A stretch of DNA of 64,000 nucleotides from Carcharhinus amblyrhynchos (taxonomy: Eukaryota). The stretch is taken from positions 58,962,001-59,026,000 of the forward strand of contig OZ336879.1 of assembly GCA_965287045.1 (NCBI GenBank), given 5' to 3'. Numbering within the stretch: position 1 is the first letter of the stretch; every line of letters begins with the position of its first letter. This document shows, piece after piece, positions 63,027-64,000 of the stretch. A program made the translations under genes and the position numbers. The notes under the pieces are model-generated. The model did no database searches. It was not told the origin of the DNA and worked only from the letters and a program-made list of their open reading frames with translations.

Positions 63027-64000
63027 ATGATTATATGTATCTATGATTCCCTGGCTCCCTGTCCAACTGTATCTAGACAGGGAGGAGGTTATGGGAGGAT
63101 CTTGCATTTGAAGAGGAGAGGCAGGGCAGAGAACTGTTTTCTTCTTAAAAGAATCCCACTACTTCTGGAAAATGTTATACGTACTGAAACAGCATTATAA
63201 TCCAGTCAATAATTACATATACTGAGTGTATATTATGTAGCACCTGCACTGGTTTTATGCCAGACATTAGCGAGAGACATCTCCAAGGAAAGACTGAAGT
63301 CCCAAAAGCATAAAGCTTTTGCAGTCTTAATATGAAATTTGATAGGTAGCAGGTTTTTGTCTGCTAACTTTCACAACCCCATCCATATCTATGTTTGAAA
63401 GCATAGGACCTCATTTCTAATAGTTACGTGTAATTTGATTACTGCACAATAATTGAAAATCATTTGATATTAATTTAACTTTATTTGAAGTGATGCCTTT
63501 TGCTGTTCTCTATAATTTAGGATTTGTATATCTGTATCCTTCCCAGGTAACCTCCCAATCTTCCTGCACTCAAATCAACATTACATGAAATTAAATGACG
63601 GTTAAATTACAGACAATAAGGAATAACAGAGACTTAAGGAAGACATTTTGAGCAGTGAGGTAATGGAGATAGTTGGTAAGTTAGTGATGAAGCCTGGGCA
63701 ATTATTTTCTGTTTTTTACTATCATTTCAATATACATTGTAAAGCAAAATTCACATGTATTTCACAGATTTTTTTTATACTACAAGCATTTAATTTGTTG
63801 CATTATATGAGCTAATGAATGGCTCCTATTCTGATCAACTGTCAACGTGTTTAATCAAGCCAACAAATAGTTTATTGCTGAAAATAATCCTGAAAGAAAG
63901 GTTGTTATGGATAAACTATAAAATTTAAAGATTTTGATTTGAAGTGCTTGAAAATTGATTATGTTTAATTATTTTAAAATGTTGTTGATTATTCTGATGT

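Overview
Vertebrate, repeat-dense, mostly non-coding DNA. The repeat complement (HE1-like V-SINEs, a DeuSINE, many CR1 LINEs, Penelope pLTRs) suggests a cartilaginous fish such as a shark; this is inference. No intact host protein-coding gene is recognisable. The recognisable ORFs are fragments of CR1, L2/CR1-group, RTE, Tx1, Rex1, Gypsy, Harbinger and Penelope elements, many of them nested. A CpG-rich promoter-like region with probable 5' exons lies at ~52.9-54.3 kb, and there is a candidate minus-strand exon at 28.7-29.1 kb. The most notable signals are: (i) palindromic Penelope-derived elements of two families carrying minimal hammerhead-ribozyme motifs with covarying stems; (ii) several local fold-back inverted duplications (about 45-570 bp arms) that cross unrelated repeat junctions and look like template-switch products; (iii) V-SINEs with one head but two alternative 3' tails. 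Coordinates of decayed repeats are approximate (typically +/-10-30 bp). No database search was run, so family names come from recalled motifs.
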